A DNA stretch of 64,000 nucleotides from Rhynchopus sp. YZ270_cl-10 (Eukaryota): assembly GCA_964035575.1 (NCBI GenBank), contig OZ037840.1:372001-436000 (forward strand), written 5' to 3'. The notes below the pieces were generated by a model. That model saw only the letters and a list, made by a program, of their open reading frames with translations. It ran no database searches and was not told the origin of the DNA. This document shows positions 10,853 through 23,721 of this stretch, piece after piece. The position numbers were made by a program, and so were the translations under genes. How positions within the stretch are numbered: the first letter of the stretch is position 1; every line of letters starts with the position of its first letter.

Positions 10853-13800
10853 GAATGCCCCAAATTGCCCAACCCAACCCACGAACGACACAAGAGCTCC
10901 ATGTGGGCACTATGTAACAGACATTTGCACACCGGTGATAAGGTCCCCAACCCATTCTCGTAGATATACTACAGCAGAACCATCAGACCCCCTAAACCCT
11001 ACACAATCATGCAAACATCCCGCTAGACTCCAAATATTCCTACCGCGGTTCACGTCTGATATGCCCTCCGCCCCACTTCCTCTCAAACAGTGTGCTCACT
11101 ACACCCCCAATGCTCCCTGAGCCTTTCCACTTGAGGTGGAGGGACTGTATTGAGGCACCCATGTGTTTCCTCCCGTCCCGCTGCCTCCCCAACAGCCACT
11201 GCACGATGTGAATCAGTTTCTCAAACCACCATGAAGAGAGCGCTGCGAAAGAGAATCCTTCACCCTTCTGGGGTTCCTCGACAACGAGACACAGTGTACA
11301 TACCCTTTCCCACCCTGCCCCGTACCCCCACAACCAGTGTGATCTTACGAAGGCACTTCCTCGTCTGTGCCAACAGGGGGGTCTGTTTTCGATGCATGTA
11401 CCCCCTATCCGGAGCGAGATGCTACAATACATCGTGGGGGTGGCGTTACATAAGTCCGGCACCTGCTGTGCTCAACCTTCTTGTTCTTCTGCAGATGGCC
11501 TCCCAACGTCGTCTGTCGCGGACCCAATGTGTCCAAGGATTTCTTGTCCTGCACGCAATTCCCGCATCTTGAGAGCTGGTGCCGAATGCACGCTTCGCAG
11601 CGGATAAGTAGCCCAGCGTTGTCGGAGTAGTGCATAGCAGTGCATCAGGTCTGCCGTCTGGTTCTTCACACAGACATCACATCGAGCCTTCCGGTGCTGC
11701 ACACAGATCGCAAACTGTGCAAGAGGGATCGCTCCTGCACGTGCCTTCACAGGCCGCATCTTCGGGTGCTCGCGTGCTCGTGTCTGTATCGTTTGTGCAC
11801 GACTGTCTCCTCTTCTGCCTGCTGGAAAAATCGCAGCGTCCTCTTGCCCCTTTTCTTGAGGGTATGCCGTCTCAGCGGCACACTCCTCCCCATCCACGTA
11901 CCCCTCGCCCTTCCGTTACCCCGAAGTTCCTCATCCGATGTGAGCGTCGACATCATGTGACCAAAAGTGGTCTCCTTCTTCATTTCCTTGTGGGGTAGCG
12001 CACCACGCCGTCGTCGTCGTCGTCATCGCCGTCAGCAGCGCCACCTTCCCCTCCCCCGCCGGGTTTCTCCCCGCCACCCCCACCATTGACAACGCCCCCA
12101 GCCCTTCTTCGTCTGTGCCAACACAACAGCGTCGCCAGCTGCGGCCAGTCCCCTTCATCCCCCCTCCGAAGCTCATATGAAAGCTGTCTTCTGCCGACCT
12201 TGTGCACTCAAGTTAAATTTGCAATGTAAATACTTAAGCCACCCATGAGAACCATGGAAGGACACCCACCCATGTCTGTGGTTGCCTGCCACAACTCACC
12301 CCACAACTCTCACCAACGAAGTGCCGAATGCCCCAAATTGCCCAACCCAACCCACGAACGACACAAGAGCTCCATGTGGGCACTATGTAACAGACATTTG
12401 CACACCGGTGATAAGGTCCCCAACCCATTCTCGTAGATATACTACAGCAGAACCATCAGACCCCCTAAACCCTACACAATCATGCAAACATCCCGCTAGA
12501 CTCCAAATATTCCTACCGCGGTTCACGTCTGATATGCCCTCCGCCCCACTTCCTCTCAAACAGTGTGCTCACTACACCCCCAATGCTCCCTGAGCCTTTC
12601 CACTTGAGGTGGAGGGACTGTATTGAGGCACCCATGTGTTTCCTCCCGTCCCGCTGCCTCCCCAACAGCCACTGCACGATGTGAATCAGTTTCTCAAACC
12701 ACCATGAAGAGAGCGCTGCGAAAGAGAATCCTTCACCCTTCTGGGGTTCCTCGACAACGAGACACAGTGTACATACCCTTTCCCACCCTGCCCCGTACCC
12801 CCACAACCAGTGTGATCTTACGAAGGCACTTCCTCGTCTGTGCCAACAGGGGGGTCTGTTTTCGATGCATGTACCCCCTATCCGGAGCGAGATGCTACAA
12901 TACATCGTGGGGGTGGCGTTACATAAGTCCGGCACCTGCTGTGCTCAACCTTCTTGTTCTTCTGCAGATGGCCTCCCAACGTCGTCTGTCGCGGACCCAA
13001 TGTGTCCAAGGATTTCTTGTCCTGCACGCAATTCCCGCATCTTGAGAGCTGGTGCCGAATGCACGCTTCGCAGCGGATAAGTAGCCCAGCGTTGTCGGAG
13101 TAGTGCATAGCAGTGCATCAGGTCTGCCGTCTGGTTCTTCACACAGACATCACATCGAGCCTTCCGGTGCTGCACACAGATCGCAAACTGTGCAAGAGGG
13201 ATCGCTCCTGCACGTGCCTTCACAGGCCGCATCTTCGGGTGCTCGCGTGCTCGTGTCTGTATCGTTTGTGCACGACTGTCTCCTCTTCTGCCTGCTGGAA
13301 AAATCGCAGCGTCCTCTTGCCCCTTTTCTTGAGGGTATGCCGTCTCAGCGGCACACTCCTCCCCATCCACGTACCCCTCGCCCTTCCGTTACCCCGAAGT
13401 TCCTCATCCGATGTGAGCGTCGACATCATGTGACCAAAAGTGGTCTCCTTCTTCATTTCCTTGTGGGGTAGCGCACCACGCCGTCGTCGTCGTCGTCATC
13501 GCCGTCAGCAGCGCCACCTTCCCCTCCCCCGCCGGGTTTCTCCCCGCCACCCCCACCATTGACAACGCCCCCAGCCCTTCTTCGTCTGTGCCAACACAAC
13601 AGCGTCGCCAGCTGCGGCCAGTCCCCTTCATCCCCCCTCCGAAGCTCATATGAAAGCTGTCTTCTGCCGACCTTGTGCACTCAAGTTAAATTTGCAATGT
13701 AAATACTTAAGCCACCCATGAGAACCATGGAAGGACACCCACCCATGTCTGTGGTTGCCTGCCACAACTCACCCCACAACTCTCACCAACGAAGTGCCGA

Positions 13801-13894
13801 ATGCCCCAAATTGCCCAACCCAACCCACGAACGACACAAGAGCTCCATGTGGGCACTATGTAACACACATTTGCACACCGGTGATAAGGTCCCA
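10853..13894. repeat. Tandem duplication of a 1473-bp unit (2 copies plus about 95 bp of a third)
   Basis: AATGCCCCAAATTGCCCAACC at about 10853, 12327 and 13800; identical ORF sets offset by 1473. Confidence 0.95.
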
Positions 13895-14520
13895 ACTCAT
13901 GCAGGCGGGAAGGTGTCCCGACACTGGCCGGAGATAGGGTGCATGACGCACCCCTGCCAGAGGACGGGTGCCCATATGAGAAGGAAGAAGACCCTTGCCC
14001 AACCCAACGTACCAAGTGTATGAGGTGTGGGAGGTGAGGCAAGAAGGCGAGAGAAGCGTCTGCACCACATCACTGCCAAGGTGTCGGCAGTCGACACATG
14101 GCGTGCGAAGAGGTGCAGGCTCCAGAAGACTGCGCCAAACATGCCGACCAGGACACAAACCCTCGCTGCCTGCAGGTCTCAACCACACGACCCCTCTGGA
14201 CTGCAACGAACAAAGCACAACACGCACATCTACCTTCCTCCACAGCCACCACAGTGGTTTCTCCTCGTCTCTTGCCGACACCCACACAGCATCCCTCCCA
14301 ACCCACCCACACCCACACCCAGACCCACACTCACCCTCCACTGCAGTGCAGCACCACACCTGCCCACCTCCACCCACACCGCAGCACATGCCTGCCTGCC
14401 AAGAGAGCACCACCCCACACGACTGCGCTCTCCTCACACCACCCTAGTCCTGTTCATGTGGTGCACGTCTGCGCCTGCAACCCTCCACCTTGCATCCCAC
14501 ACTTCTCTTCACCTCCCTCC
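13881..14520. repeat. About 640-bp direct repeat, copy 2
   Basis: Matches 9817-10460 with a few substitutions. Confidence 0.9.
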
Positions 14521-15339
14521 TCCCTCCTCCCCCTCCCCAGTCAGAACTACACCCCACACCCTCCACAGGGCACCCCCTCCCTCCCCTCCGCAGCCATCAC
14601 TACCTGCTGCCAGGATCGGCCCCTTCCCCTCCTCTCCCCTCCTATCACCCCCCCGCACGTTGTCAGAACACTTTACTTTCCTGTACACTTTCACAGCTAC
14701 AAACACACAACCTTCTAAAAGAGAACTAACATTTTGTGAGACGCCACCTTCAACTCGATCCATTTGACCAATAACTGACGTAAGAAACAGTGCAACACCA
14801 CGACCGGGATGGGGAAATAAAAGAAAAAAAAAATATCTATATCTTGAGGGAGGAGAGGGCTCTCTTTTTGTTTTGCACGTACAGTGTGGGGCAGAACACA
14901 GAAGGGCACTTCGCACTCTTCAGTGTTTAACATCTGCTGACCCCCCCCTCCCACCAACGTTCCTCTAGCACACAACACAATAACTGCACACAAAGAGAAA
15001 ATAAAATACTACATAAAAAAAGAAGGGAAAATCTAGTGGCCATTTTTGGGGGTGTTTGGGCTCTAAGAAGGGGTTAGCTTTCGCCCCTTTTGTATTTTTT
15101 TATTGAACTGCTGCAATGCACGTTGCTCTCCCAGTAGGGCCCATCCCTCCCTTCCCCTCCCACCCATTCCCCCCCCCCCACTTCCACCCTTCGAAACTAT
15201 TGGAAGATTTGTGCATTCTGCTGTTCTGCCAAGAATTACAACAAAAACAAAAGTTTGACTTGAAATACAAAAAAAAAAAAAAGACCCCCTGTAGTGATTA
15301 TGCGTGAATACCCGAGAATACAGACCCCCTTCCTCACCT

Positions 15340-17067
15340 TCACTCCCTATGGGTTGTACTGTGTGATTCTTGCATGGACTCAAGCACTCTGTCGAGCTCG
15401 GACAGCTGTGCCGCGACATGCTTTCTCTGCTCAAGAATGGAGAGAACACTGCTGTGGAGGTCCGCACCTCTTCCTCCCCCTCCGCCACTACTCCGGTCTG
15501 GAGAAAACCTCTCCTTCGGCGCGGGGCTGTTGCTCAGTGCGAGAGACGCGTCTTCTTCGTCCCCTTCTTCCGCTGTTTCCTGAGCTGCAGGCGCTGACCC
15601 TCCTCCCCCTCCACCCCCTCCTCCCCCACCACCTCTCTCATGCAACGTACTAATTTTTCTTACAATAAAATCCCGCAAATTGCTGTCCAAGCCAACTGTT
15701 CCTTGACGTGGAGGGGTGGTGGGTGGTTCTACTGGGGGTTTGGATGGGAGTGGCATTGCTCTTGCACGGGGTGGAGTGCGTGGTGAAGAAGGTGGTCCGT
15801 CAAATGGGGCAAACGGAACGTCACGGACCGGTGTCTGCCCTCGTGGGGTGGAGGGTTGGGAGAAGAGACGGTCGACCTCGTGTTTGATGCCTTTGCTTTG
15901 TGCCATGAGCGCTTTGAGGTATGCATCTTGCTCGTGGATGCCTGCTTTCGGTGCGGAGGGGAAAGAGGATTCGTCCACACCGATGTCTGTCTGTGCGGCG
16001 GCAGTGGTGCTCATCAGGTCCACCATGCTGACCTTCTCGTGCAGGACCACCACCCCCCCATCTTTGCGTATCGCACCGCTCTTCTCTGGGGTGATGCTTC
16101 GTGCAGAAACGACGTCCCGAGAACGGCTGCGGGGTGTAGAGGTTCTGCTATCAGAAGGCATTGGGGAGGGTGACCGAGAGGGGCGGGGTTCCTGCATGGG
16201 GACGGGGAGAAGGTGGCGTCGAGGGGTGGACAGAGGGTCCGGCGGGGGCGGCGCTGATGTCGGGAGGAAACGTACCGGGGGGGTCGGCTGTGGGGTGCGT
16301 CGCAGAGTGACGGGGTGTTCGAGAAGGGTGTGCTGGCTGGCGGTTGTCACCCCGCCACGTGGCGCACCACGCCCCAACGTGCTTCCTCGGCCCGACAACG
16401 CGCCTGCAGTGCCCACCACACCCCCCAACACCTTCGGGACGTAGACCTTGCTGGCACCCCGTTCCCTCCGTGCTGTGGGCTCCTTTTGTAGTGCCATGGG
16501 CAAAGCGGTGTTGCTGAAGCCTGAAGAGTGTGGTGAAGGTGACCTCGTCCGGGTGCTTGGTGCGCGTGGTGCGCCCTGGGAGGAGTGGGAAGGACTGTAG
16601 CGGGATTGTGTGTTGTGTGGCGCGCTGCGGTGTGACGTGGAATCGGAGTGGTGTGGGTCACGGTCGCGGAGGAGCTGGGAGAGACCTGCGATCTGGTGCA
16701 TGAGCATGTCCTCCATGACGGCCTCGTCGGGGTGCCGGTGTTGGTGTTGGTGTTGACTGTGCGATCGGTGTTGTGGTTGTACAACGTGGTCATGGTGTTG
16801 TTGGTGTTCGTGTTGTTGGTGCTGTTGCGGTCCAGGTCCACCTCGGTGTTGTTGTTGTTGTATTTGCTGATGTTCGTGGTGATGTTGTTGTTGCTGTACA
16901 GGCCTGCGGTATTGTTGTCGTTGCTGTGCTTCCCGTTGCTGCTGGCTGTGCGATCGTTGCTGTTGTTGTGGCATGGCAGGGTCGCGGTGTTGCTGTGGTA
17001 TGCTGAGATGCTGCCGTTGTTGCTGTTGCTGTCCGGGGCTTCGATTCCGGTGTGGTGCTCTGTGCAT
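15340..17067 (-). CDS. Hypothetical low-complexity protein (Q/H-rich N-terminus, P/S/R-rich middle, C-terminal predicted coiled coil)
   Basis: About 575-codon ORF from ATG 17067; GC-rich against AT-rich flanks; amphipathic segments LHSSVLSILEQRKHVAAQLSELDRVLESMQ and YLKALMAQSKGIKHEVDRLF; start uncertain. Confidence 0.65.
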   Translation of the reverse strand: MHRAPHRNRSPGQQQQQRQHLSIPQQHRDPAMPQQQQRSHSQQQREAQQRQQYRRPVQQQQHHHEHQQIQQQQHRGGPGPQQHQQHEHQQHHDHVVQPQHRSHSQHQHQHRHPDEAVMEDMLMHQIAGLSQLLRDRDPHHSDSTSHRSAPHNTQSRYSPSHSSQGAPRAPSTRTRSPSPHSSGFSNTALPMALQKEPTARRERGASKVYVPKVLGGVVGTAGALSGRGSTLGRGAPRGGVTTASQHTLLEHPVTLRRTPQPTPPVRFLPTSAPPPPDPLSTPRRHLLPVPMQEPRPSRSPSPMPSDSRTSTPRSRSRDVVSARSITPEKSGAIRKDGGVVVLHEKVSMVDLMSTTAAAQTDIGVDESSFPSAPKAGIHEQDAYLKALMAQSKGIKHEVDRLFSQPSTPRGQTPVRDVPFAPFDGPPSSPRTPPRARAMPLPSKPPVEPPTTPPRQGTVGLDSNLRDFIVRKISTLHERGGGGGGGGGGGGSAPAAQETAEEGDEEDASLALSNSPAPKERFSPDRSSGGGGGRGADLHSSVLSILEQRKHVAAQLSELDRVLESMQESHSTTHRE

Positions 17068-17643
17068 CGAATGTTTGTGTTGGTGTCCCAACAATCACCA
17101 GAGAGAGGGTTCCGTCTGCGCAAAATGCCTTCCCAAAAAAAGGGGTCAAAGATACTTTTTTGTTTTGTGTATAAATCTATAATAGCTAGTTCATCTATCC
17201 TGCAAGGGGGAGGGGGATGCTTATTAGGATGCAAAGTGATGGTTAAAGTTTACTGAGTTAAAATTTTCAGGGGGAGGGGAGGGGGGGGGAGAAACGTTGT
17301 TGTTGTTGTTGTTTTTCATTTTTTTTTTTTTGTTTTTTTTGTTTTTGTTTTGTTTTGCTGTGCCGACAAATCACCTAACTACGTAATTTCTTTTCACTTT
17401 GTATTTTTTTTTTTTGCTCTTGAATTTTCCCACCTTTCTTTCATCCTGACACCGGACCCTCCTGTGAGTGAAGCTAGAATTTTTTTTTTTTTTTTGTGGA
17501 GAGTCCTTTTATGTGTCCTGTTTTCAGTTTATTCATTTGGCCTTTTTTTTTTCTTCCTTTTTTTTGAAACATTGATCCACTAGGTGCAACCACTGCAATC
17601 TGTTTATCGGCACACACAACCCTCTTTCCTAGGGCAACGCTCT

Positions 17644-20600
17644 CTACATCACTCCGTCCGGGGCATCCTTCCCTCCAATGCGTTCGTCGGCAAGAAGCTT
17701 CATGACTGCTGCAATAACGTTTGCATGCTTGACCTTGCTTGCCGGCTCCTTCTCGGAGCTAACCATATTCAGAAGCAGCTTTTGGATCTCACGCCGCAAC
17801 TCTGCAATCACAGCCAACATCTGTGCGATCGTGAATAGGCGGTTATTTGAGTAATAAGTCAAGAAAAAAAGATCGGGTCTTTTGTTTGTGCGCTCAAAGC
17901 CGGGAAAACAAAAAGGTGAAAAGATGTGTTAAACTGAAGTACGGTTGTTGTGGTTAATTGAGTACTCAAAGAAAACAAGCAAACTTCTGTTTTTTTTTCA
18001 ATCCGTTTTGTTTGCCCTGCAGCGCTGCCTCCAATCTTTTTAGAATTGACAACAAGTTGTTTTATCAAACAAAAGTTGACTTGAAACACAAAGCCCTCTC
18101 GTGACAGTGTACCAAAAAAAGAGGCTATTACGTGAGTGACTTTAGGGACAGTGGAGCTCGCACAGGTGGCAATTACACTATTCCAACAATTCTTCAAAGT
18201 GGGGGGGGAAAAGCACGGAAACAAAACTAAAATAAATAAAAAAAATAAAGAGACACACCTGCTCGTCCATGTTGAAACTGATCCATTTGTTGACCAGGAC
18301 AACCCCGTCCTGGTACTCTACGTCTACAGCGAACAGCATTAGCATCTGCGGGGTCACCATGGTGGCATCACGTAGGTACACCTTCGTTGTTTGCACCTGT
18401 GTGTCGAGAGAGAATGAAGTAGTTTTGAATGGGTTTTTTATGAAAATTTTTTAGAAGCAATTCTCAACCAGTATTTTCGTCCATTTTTGACGCCTCTCCC
18501 ACATCAAACTGGCCATCGTGTTTGCTTTGTGCTCTTGTATTGCTTTTTGTTTTATTTTGCAGTATATTTTGCTCTTGTTTGTGTCGAGAGAAAACGGGGT
18601 AGGTTACGTTGTCAACACAAGCTACGCTTTGTAGGACCCACCACACCACTAATGGTTGTATTGCGAGGCCATTGGAAGACACAAAATATAGCTGCTATGC
18701 TAGAGGTGACAATAGGAACACCGTTCCCTACATTCAACAAAAAAAAAATGCTATGAATCTTAAGAAAGACTATGAACCAATAAAAACTCCTTCGTGTCCA
18801 CATACCTTTTCGTAATAGACCAGGAGCGGGTGTGGGTATTGGTTTTCGCTTCCGCAGACGGAGCTTGGGTGGACTGCGACGTCGCCGTTCTGCTCATTGA
18901 GGAAGGGGCGGGGGTTTTTTGTGTTGCGTGAGTACTTGATGCGCACCACATTCGGCGTGAACCCTGCCACCAGCGACGCCTTGATGGCCTGTCGCATTAC
19001 GGAGTACTGATTGAACTCCCTTCCACCAAGCTCGAAGAGACGCGCCTCTCCGTCACTTCCTGTTGTGCGGAAGACACCTCCCTGTACATCCCCGAGCAGC
19101 CCCATGCCCTGCAGCAGACCGTAGTACTGCTGTTTGGTCTGCTGGATCTGCGTCATTGCGGAGATTGATATAAAACGCTTGGCTGCATGCTCGCGTTCCT
19201 TTTGTCGCCACTGCGGCCCACCTTCGTCTCTTAGAACCAACCAATCGTTGTATGCATTGAGCGTCGCAATGTGATCAGAACGTGACTTCCGTGATGCATA
19301 CTTCTTCGCAAGGTCTGCTTCGTTCTTTCGGTCGTATGGCGTGACAAACGGAGATTTGCTAGATAAAGCCGCAGCGACCGTCAAACATGGGTCCAAACAG
19401 CGGAGCATCCATCCATGGAGGAGAAGCTTTCCTAGCTTCGGATCGAGGGGGAGGTTGGCAAGATGGAGGCCCAATGATGTTAGCTGTTGTTTCGGTCCGA
19501 TAGCGCCGATGTCTTGCAGCGAATCACGGCAGGCTTTAACAGAAGAATCCTTCGGTGCCTCTATCGCGCGGTGCAGAACATCGGTGTCGGTGTCCTCACC
19601 GAAGTTGAGAATGCGGATTTGGAGCAGTAGGTTCTGAAGTGGGACACGTGTCATTTCACATTCTTGGAATGTTTGAAAAACGCATTCATGCGTAAATGAG
19701 GTGTACATCCTAAAGCAGTATCCAGGTCGTACTCTCCCGGCACGTCCCTTTCTTTGTTTCGCATTGGCCTGGCTGATCCAGCGTGACTGTAGTTTGTTCA
19801 TTCCTTGCTGTGCAGCGTATCGGGTTTCTTTGTGTTTTCCCGCATCAATGACAAAGACAATGTCGTCAATGGTGACAGAGGTTTCCGCAATGTTGGTGGA
19901 CAGCACTACCTTCCGTTTGTTCCGCCGCGCTGCGAGGAAGACGCCTTCCTGTTCTTGGTTGGAGACAGAGGAGTGGAGGCGGTGGCAGTCAATCGCAGCT
20001 GCAACTCGGCGATCGGAGTTAATTTCCTCGTATAGGGTGTTGATCTCTTGCATGCCTGGAAGGAAGACCAGTATTGCTCCGGGCTCGTCTTGGTATTTCC
20101 CAAAGCAGATTGCGCTGATCAGCTCGACAATCAGCTCGTTGTTCACTACCTCTTCGTTCATCCGCTCTAACACCTGGATGGTGCGCTTTGAAATGCCTCG
20201 CAACTTCTTTTCCGCAAAATATTCGGACATTTTCTCCTTATTCTTCGTTTCTTTGACAGACAGCGTACCACCACCACCACCGCCATCATCAAACCCCTTC
20301 CCCTTACCACCCCGCCTCCCCCCTCCAAGGCAATAAGAGCTTTCTTCTTCTAGAGTGTAATTCGTCAGCTCAACAACATCTTCGCAATATTGAATTTCAA
20401 CGGGGTGGGTAAAACCGGGTATGTGAACAACTGGGCAGTTATCGAAGTATTCCGAGAAGAGATCCGCGTTTACACTGGCGCTCATCAGAATGATTTTGAT
20501 GTTTGGTCTGCGTTTGATGAGGTCTTGAAGGAAGATGAGAAGAAAGTCTGAGTCAAGACTGCGTTCGTGCACTTCGTCGACAACGATGTGACTCAGATAG

Positions 20601-22834
20601 TCCAGGTTCTTTGACCCTTGGAGACGTCTGAGAAGAATTCCCGTTGTGCAAAAAAGTAGTCGCGTATCTGCAGACTGCTTCGATTCGAGACGAATAGAAT
20701 ACCCCACCTGGCCTCCAATATTCTCCGCACGCTCAGACGCAACTCGCTTTGCAATGCTGGTCGCCGCAATACGCCGTGGTTGAGTGCACACAATCCGGCA
20801 TTGACTGCCTTCTCCATTGCGAAGCATATCGTCTAGCACAAATTGTGGTACCTGAGTGGTCTTACCACACCCGGTCTCTCCGGTAACCAACGTGACCTGG
20901 TTTTTTTTGATGACGTCGAGAAGGGTCTCCTCAAGCTTCGCCGCAGGAAGCTTTGCACGCTGTTCCGGAAGGCCTTCCTTATTGCATATCCTCTTCTGGT
21001 ATTTCTCGACAAGCCGTGCGTCGACCTCAGTGTTCTTTTCAATACCAGGCCATTCCCTGTCTCCAGACCTTGCTGCGGCAGGACCTTGCACCTTGACCTC
21101 GAAGTCCGTCAACTCTGGGAAAATCTGAGGCACCTTTGTCTTCTTATTCTTCCCATCGCCCTCCTGCTCTTTCAAAATCTCTGTCATCAGGCCTGAATGC
21201 TTTTCGTTGTGCACCTCTCTCGCCCCTCCTCCTCCTCCCCCTCCTTTCCCCCCTTTTCCTCCCTTTCCTTTCCTTTTTGGAACCACCTCGGGGACAGGCT
21301 CTTTATAATATTTATCCAATACTTCAGGTATATCTGCTTCAAGACTGCTTACTAAAGCATAAATGACGGGTTGGCCGACTAATTCGGTGGTAATATGATT
21401 CCAGAGACGTTTGTTAATTTCGCGGGTAAATGCGGTGTTTTCAACCTCTGCAGTACAGGTAAGCAGAATGCGTGGGGATTCGGAAGGGTACGAGGAAGGC
21501 TTTTTTATTATAAGGGTAACATCAGCTGCGTACTGTGTATGGTACGCGCTGAGGTCGGTGGCAGGGCGGATTTCGATGTGCGCCCCTCCGTCCCGCTCCG
21601 TGAGCATGCCTTCTTCGAGAACCATGGAAAGGCTCTCGTTCTCCTCCTCCACAGCGGCAGCCAGGTCCTCTTCTGCCCACTCCTCTTCGTCCCACATCGC
21701 CCCGCCGCCTTCTTCCGCAGATGCTTCCATTGCGCGCCGTACCCCTTCCCATAACCGTTCCTCGAAAGGCATTTCTGGAAGTTCTTTAACCAGCTCCGTT
21801 GCAAGTCCCTTGGGTATGCCCTTTCGCGCAAGGGCGTTCACTTCTCTAGCGATTTGGCCGTCCACGACTTGGAATTTGGTAACAGTTTTCATAGGCTGTG
21901 CGCGGGATTCGAGGCCCTTAACTTCTTCGTCAACATCCTCACGGATGTTCTTCAGAACGTCGAGAACGAGGTTGCGGTTTTCAGTGGAGACGGCGACCTA
22001 TGAAGAGAAGGTTAAAGAGGTGGTAAAATTTTTTTGTTTGATTATAGACTACCATCACTAGATAATAGCCACGGTTTTTTCTTCACAGGATCCTTTAAGA
22101 GGTGGTAAAAAAGAAAGAAGAAAAAAAGTGTCACCTTGTCGTTCCCTCACCCTTCTTGTAGTTGTTTGATGCGTTGACGCTTCCACACAAAGTAGTGTGC
22201 GTTAAAAAAAATTGCATGAATTTAGGGGTTATTTGAGGTACCAACCAAATGTGTGTATCGTAAAACTAAAAACTGAGTGGGGCTTTTTTTGAGCAATAAT
22301 ACTAATTGATGATGTGTGGTCTGATAAATTTAGAAATGGTAACTCTGATAGGTAAAAGAAAAACAGGTTTTTTCGTTGATTGTTCAATTACCCCCTATTA
22401 GAGGGCTGGGTGATCGGCGTATCTGAGGATACCATTTCTCCTTGAAAGCTATGCTTTGTAGGTACAAAACAAAACAAAAAAAAAAGATATACCTCGCCAA
22501 GATGGTGGTCTTTCCTGAGGTTCGTTTTCCGCTTCTCCATGTTCGCGCGGAACTGCTGCTTGAGCACACTCCCGCCTTCATTTGGCGGCGGCTTCCCTCT
22601 CTTGCCGCCTCCACTCCCGGGGTTCGAGTTTGCAGCCCCTGTCGTACCACCACTGCCACCGCCACCGCCACCGTTGCCACCCTTGCTGCCCTTGCCCTTC
22701 CCACCGCCAGAGGACTTCCCCCCAGACTTTCCCTTCCCTTTGTTGCCACCTTTCTTTGCAGCAGGCTTTGGGGCCTTCTTCGCAGGTTTGGGCCGCCCTG
22801 CGGAGCAGTCGTAATCATCAAGGTCGATGCCCAT
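17644..22834 (-). CDS. DHX57: DEAH/RHA-family RNA helicase, DHX57-like (RWD + DEAH + HelicaseC + HA2 + OB-fold); exons 22834-22493, 21997-18806, 18396-18259, 17820-17644
   Basis: GETGCGKTTQVPQ, TQPRRIAA, DEVHERS, STNIAETSVTIDD, QRKGRAGR, LANLPLDPKLGKLL, SDHIATLNAY, VHPSSV; RWD-like PSSYPSESPRI; three phase-0 GT-AG introns join the frames cleanly. Orthology within DHX57/29/36 is inferred. Confidence 0.85.
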
Positions 22835-22976
22835 GGTGTACCAGCTCCTCCTCCCACGATACGATGCCAAGAAGGGGGAGGTGTCGCGGGAGGGCACCGC
22901 TTCTGAAAAGATGTAGTGGTGGTGTGTGGTGATGGTGAGACCATGAACCCCGGGGGGGGATATGTTAAATAGATGA

Positions 22977-23196
22977 TTGGTGTGGCTGAAAGGGGGTGCT
23001 ATTTTTGTGCTATTTTGTTGGTGTGGCCGACGACCCCAAAATAGCACAAAATAGCACAAAATAGCACCTCCCTTCAGCCACACCAAAAAATCCAGATGCC
23101 CAGAATAGCAGAAAATATAGCAGAAAAATAGCACCCCCTTTCAGCCACACCATTTTGTGCTACTTTCTGCTATGTTGGGGTCGTCGGCCACACCAA
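22977..23196. mobile_element. MITE-like multi-palindromic element (220 bp)
   Basis: Ends TTGGTGTGGC / GCCACACCAA, flanked by TGA on both sides; interior built from AAATAGCA repeats and internal copies of the end motif. Confidence 0.65.
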
Positions 23197-23527
23197 TGAT
23201 TGCATGCCACTTAGCATATTTCCCTGGGGGGGAAAAAAAGAGGAAGACCCCTTTCTTTGAAATACCACCTCTCATACAACACCCACAGATGAATCAACAG
23301 CACCCAACCTTTAAAGACTGGGAGGCTAATAGGTATTCTTTCATCCTCCGGAAAGAGCAATGACAGAATTTTTCTTTTTTTTTCCTTTTTTTTAAAAAAG
23401 AGGGTTAACTTCTAATGAAGCACCAATCCTTCTATACGTTCCTTGTACTGACACAACAACAGAATCAATAAACAGATGAAATAACAGAAAAACTGGGGTG
23501 GATGAATTGCACCCCCACCCCCACTCT

Positions 23528-23643
23528 GTGGCAAATACGTGACGTAACCCCTCCACGTACCGCGTAGTATACGTTAAAATACGTATAATACGTACGATAT
23601 GTATTTAAAAAAACCGCTATGTGTCACCATACGTATCTGCCAC
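23528..23643. repeat. Small degenerate inverted-repeat element rich in TACGTA motifs
   Basis: GTGGCAAATACGT ... ACGTATCTGCCAC; no convincing TSD. Confidence 0.45.
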
Positions 23644-23721
23644 CCCAGACCACCCCAGACCACCCCAGACCACCCCACACCCCACACCCCCACCCCTTCT
23701 CTCTTACTCCCCTAGATAGGA

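Noticed and set aside
9462..14767. Numerous 100-300 aa ORFs on both strands
   Set aside because: Overlapping, low-complexity CA-rich sequence in duplicated blocks with no recognisable domain.
22305..22350. C/D-box snoRNA-like TGATGA...CTGA in helicase intron 1
   Set aside because: Too short, antisense to the host transcript, and no terminal stem or identifiable guide.
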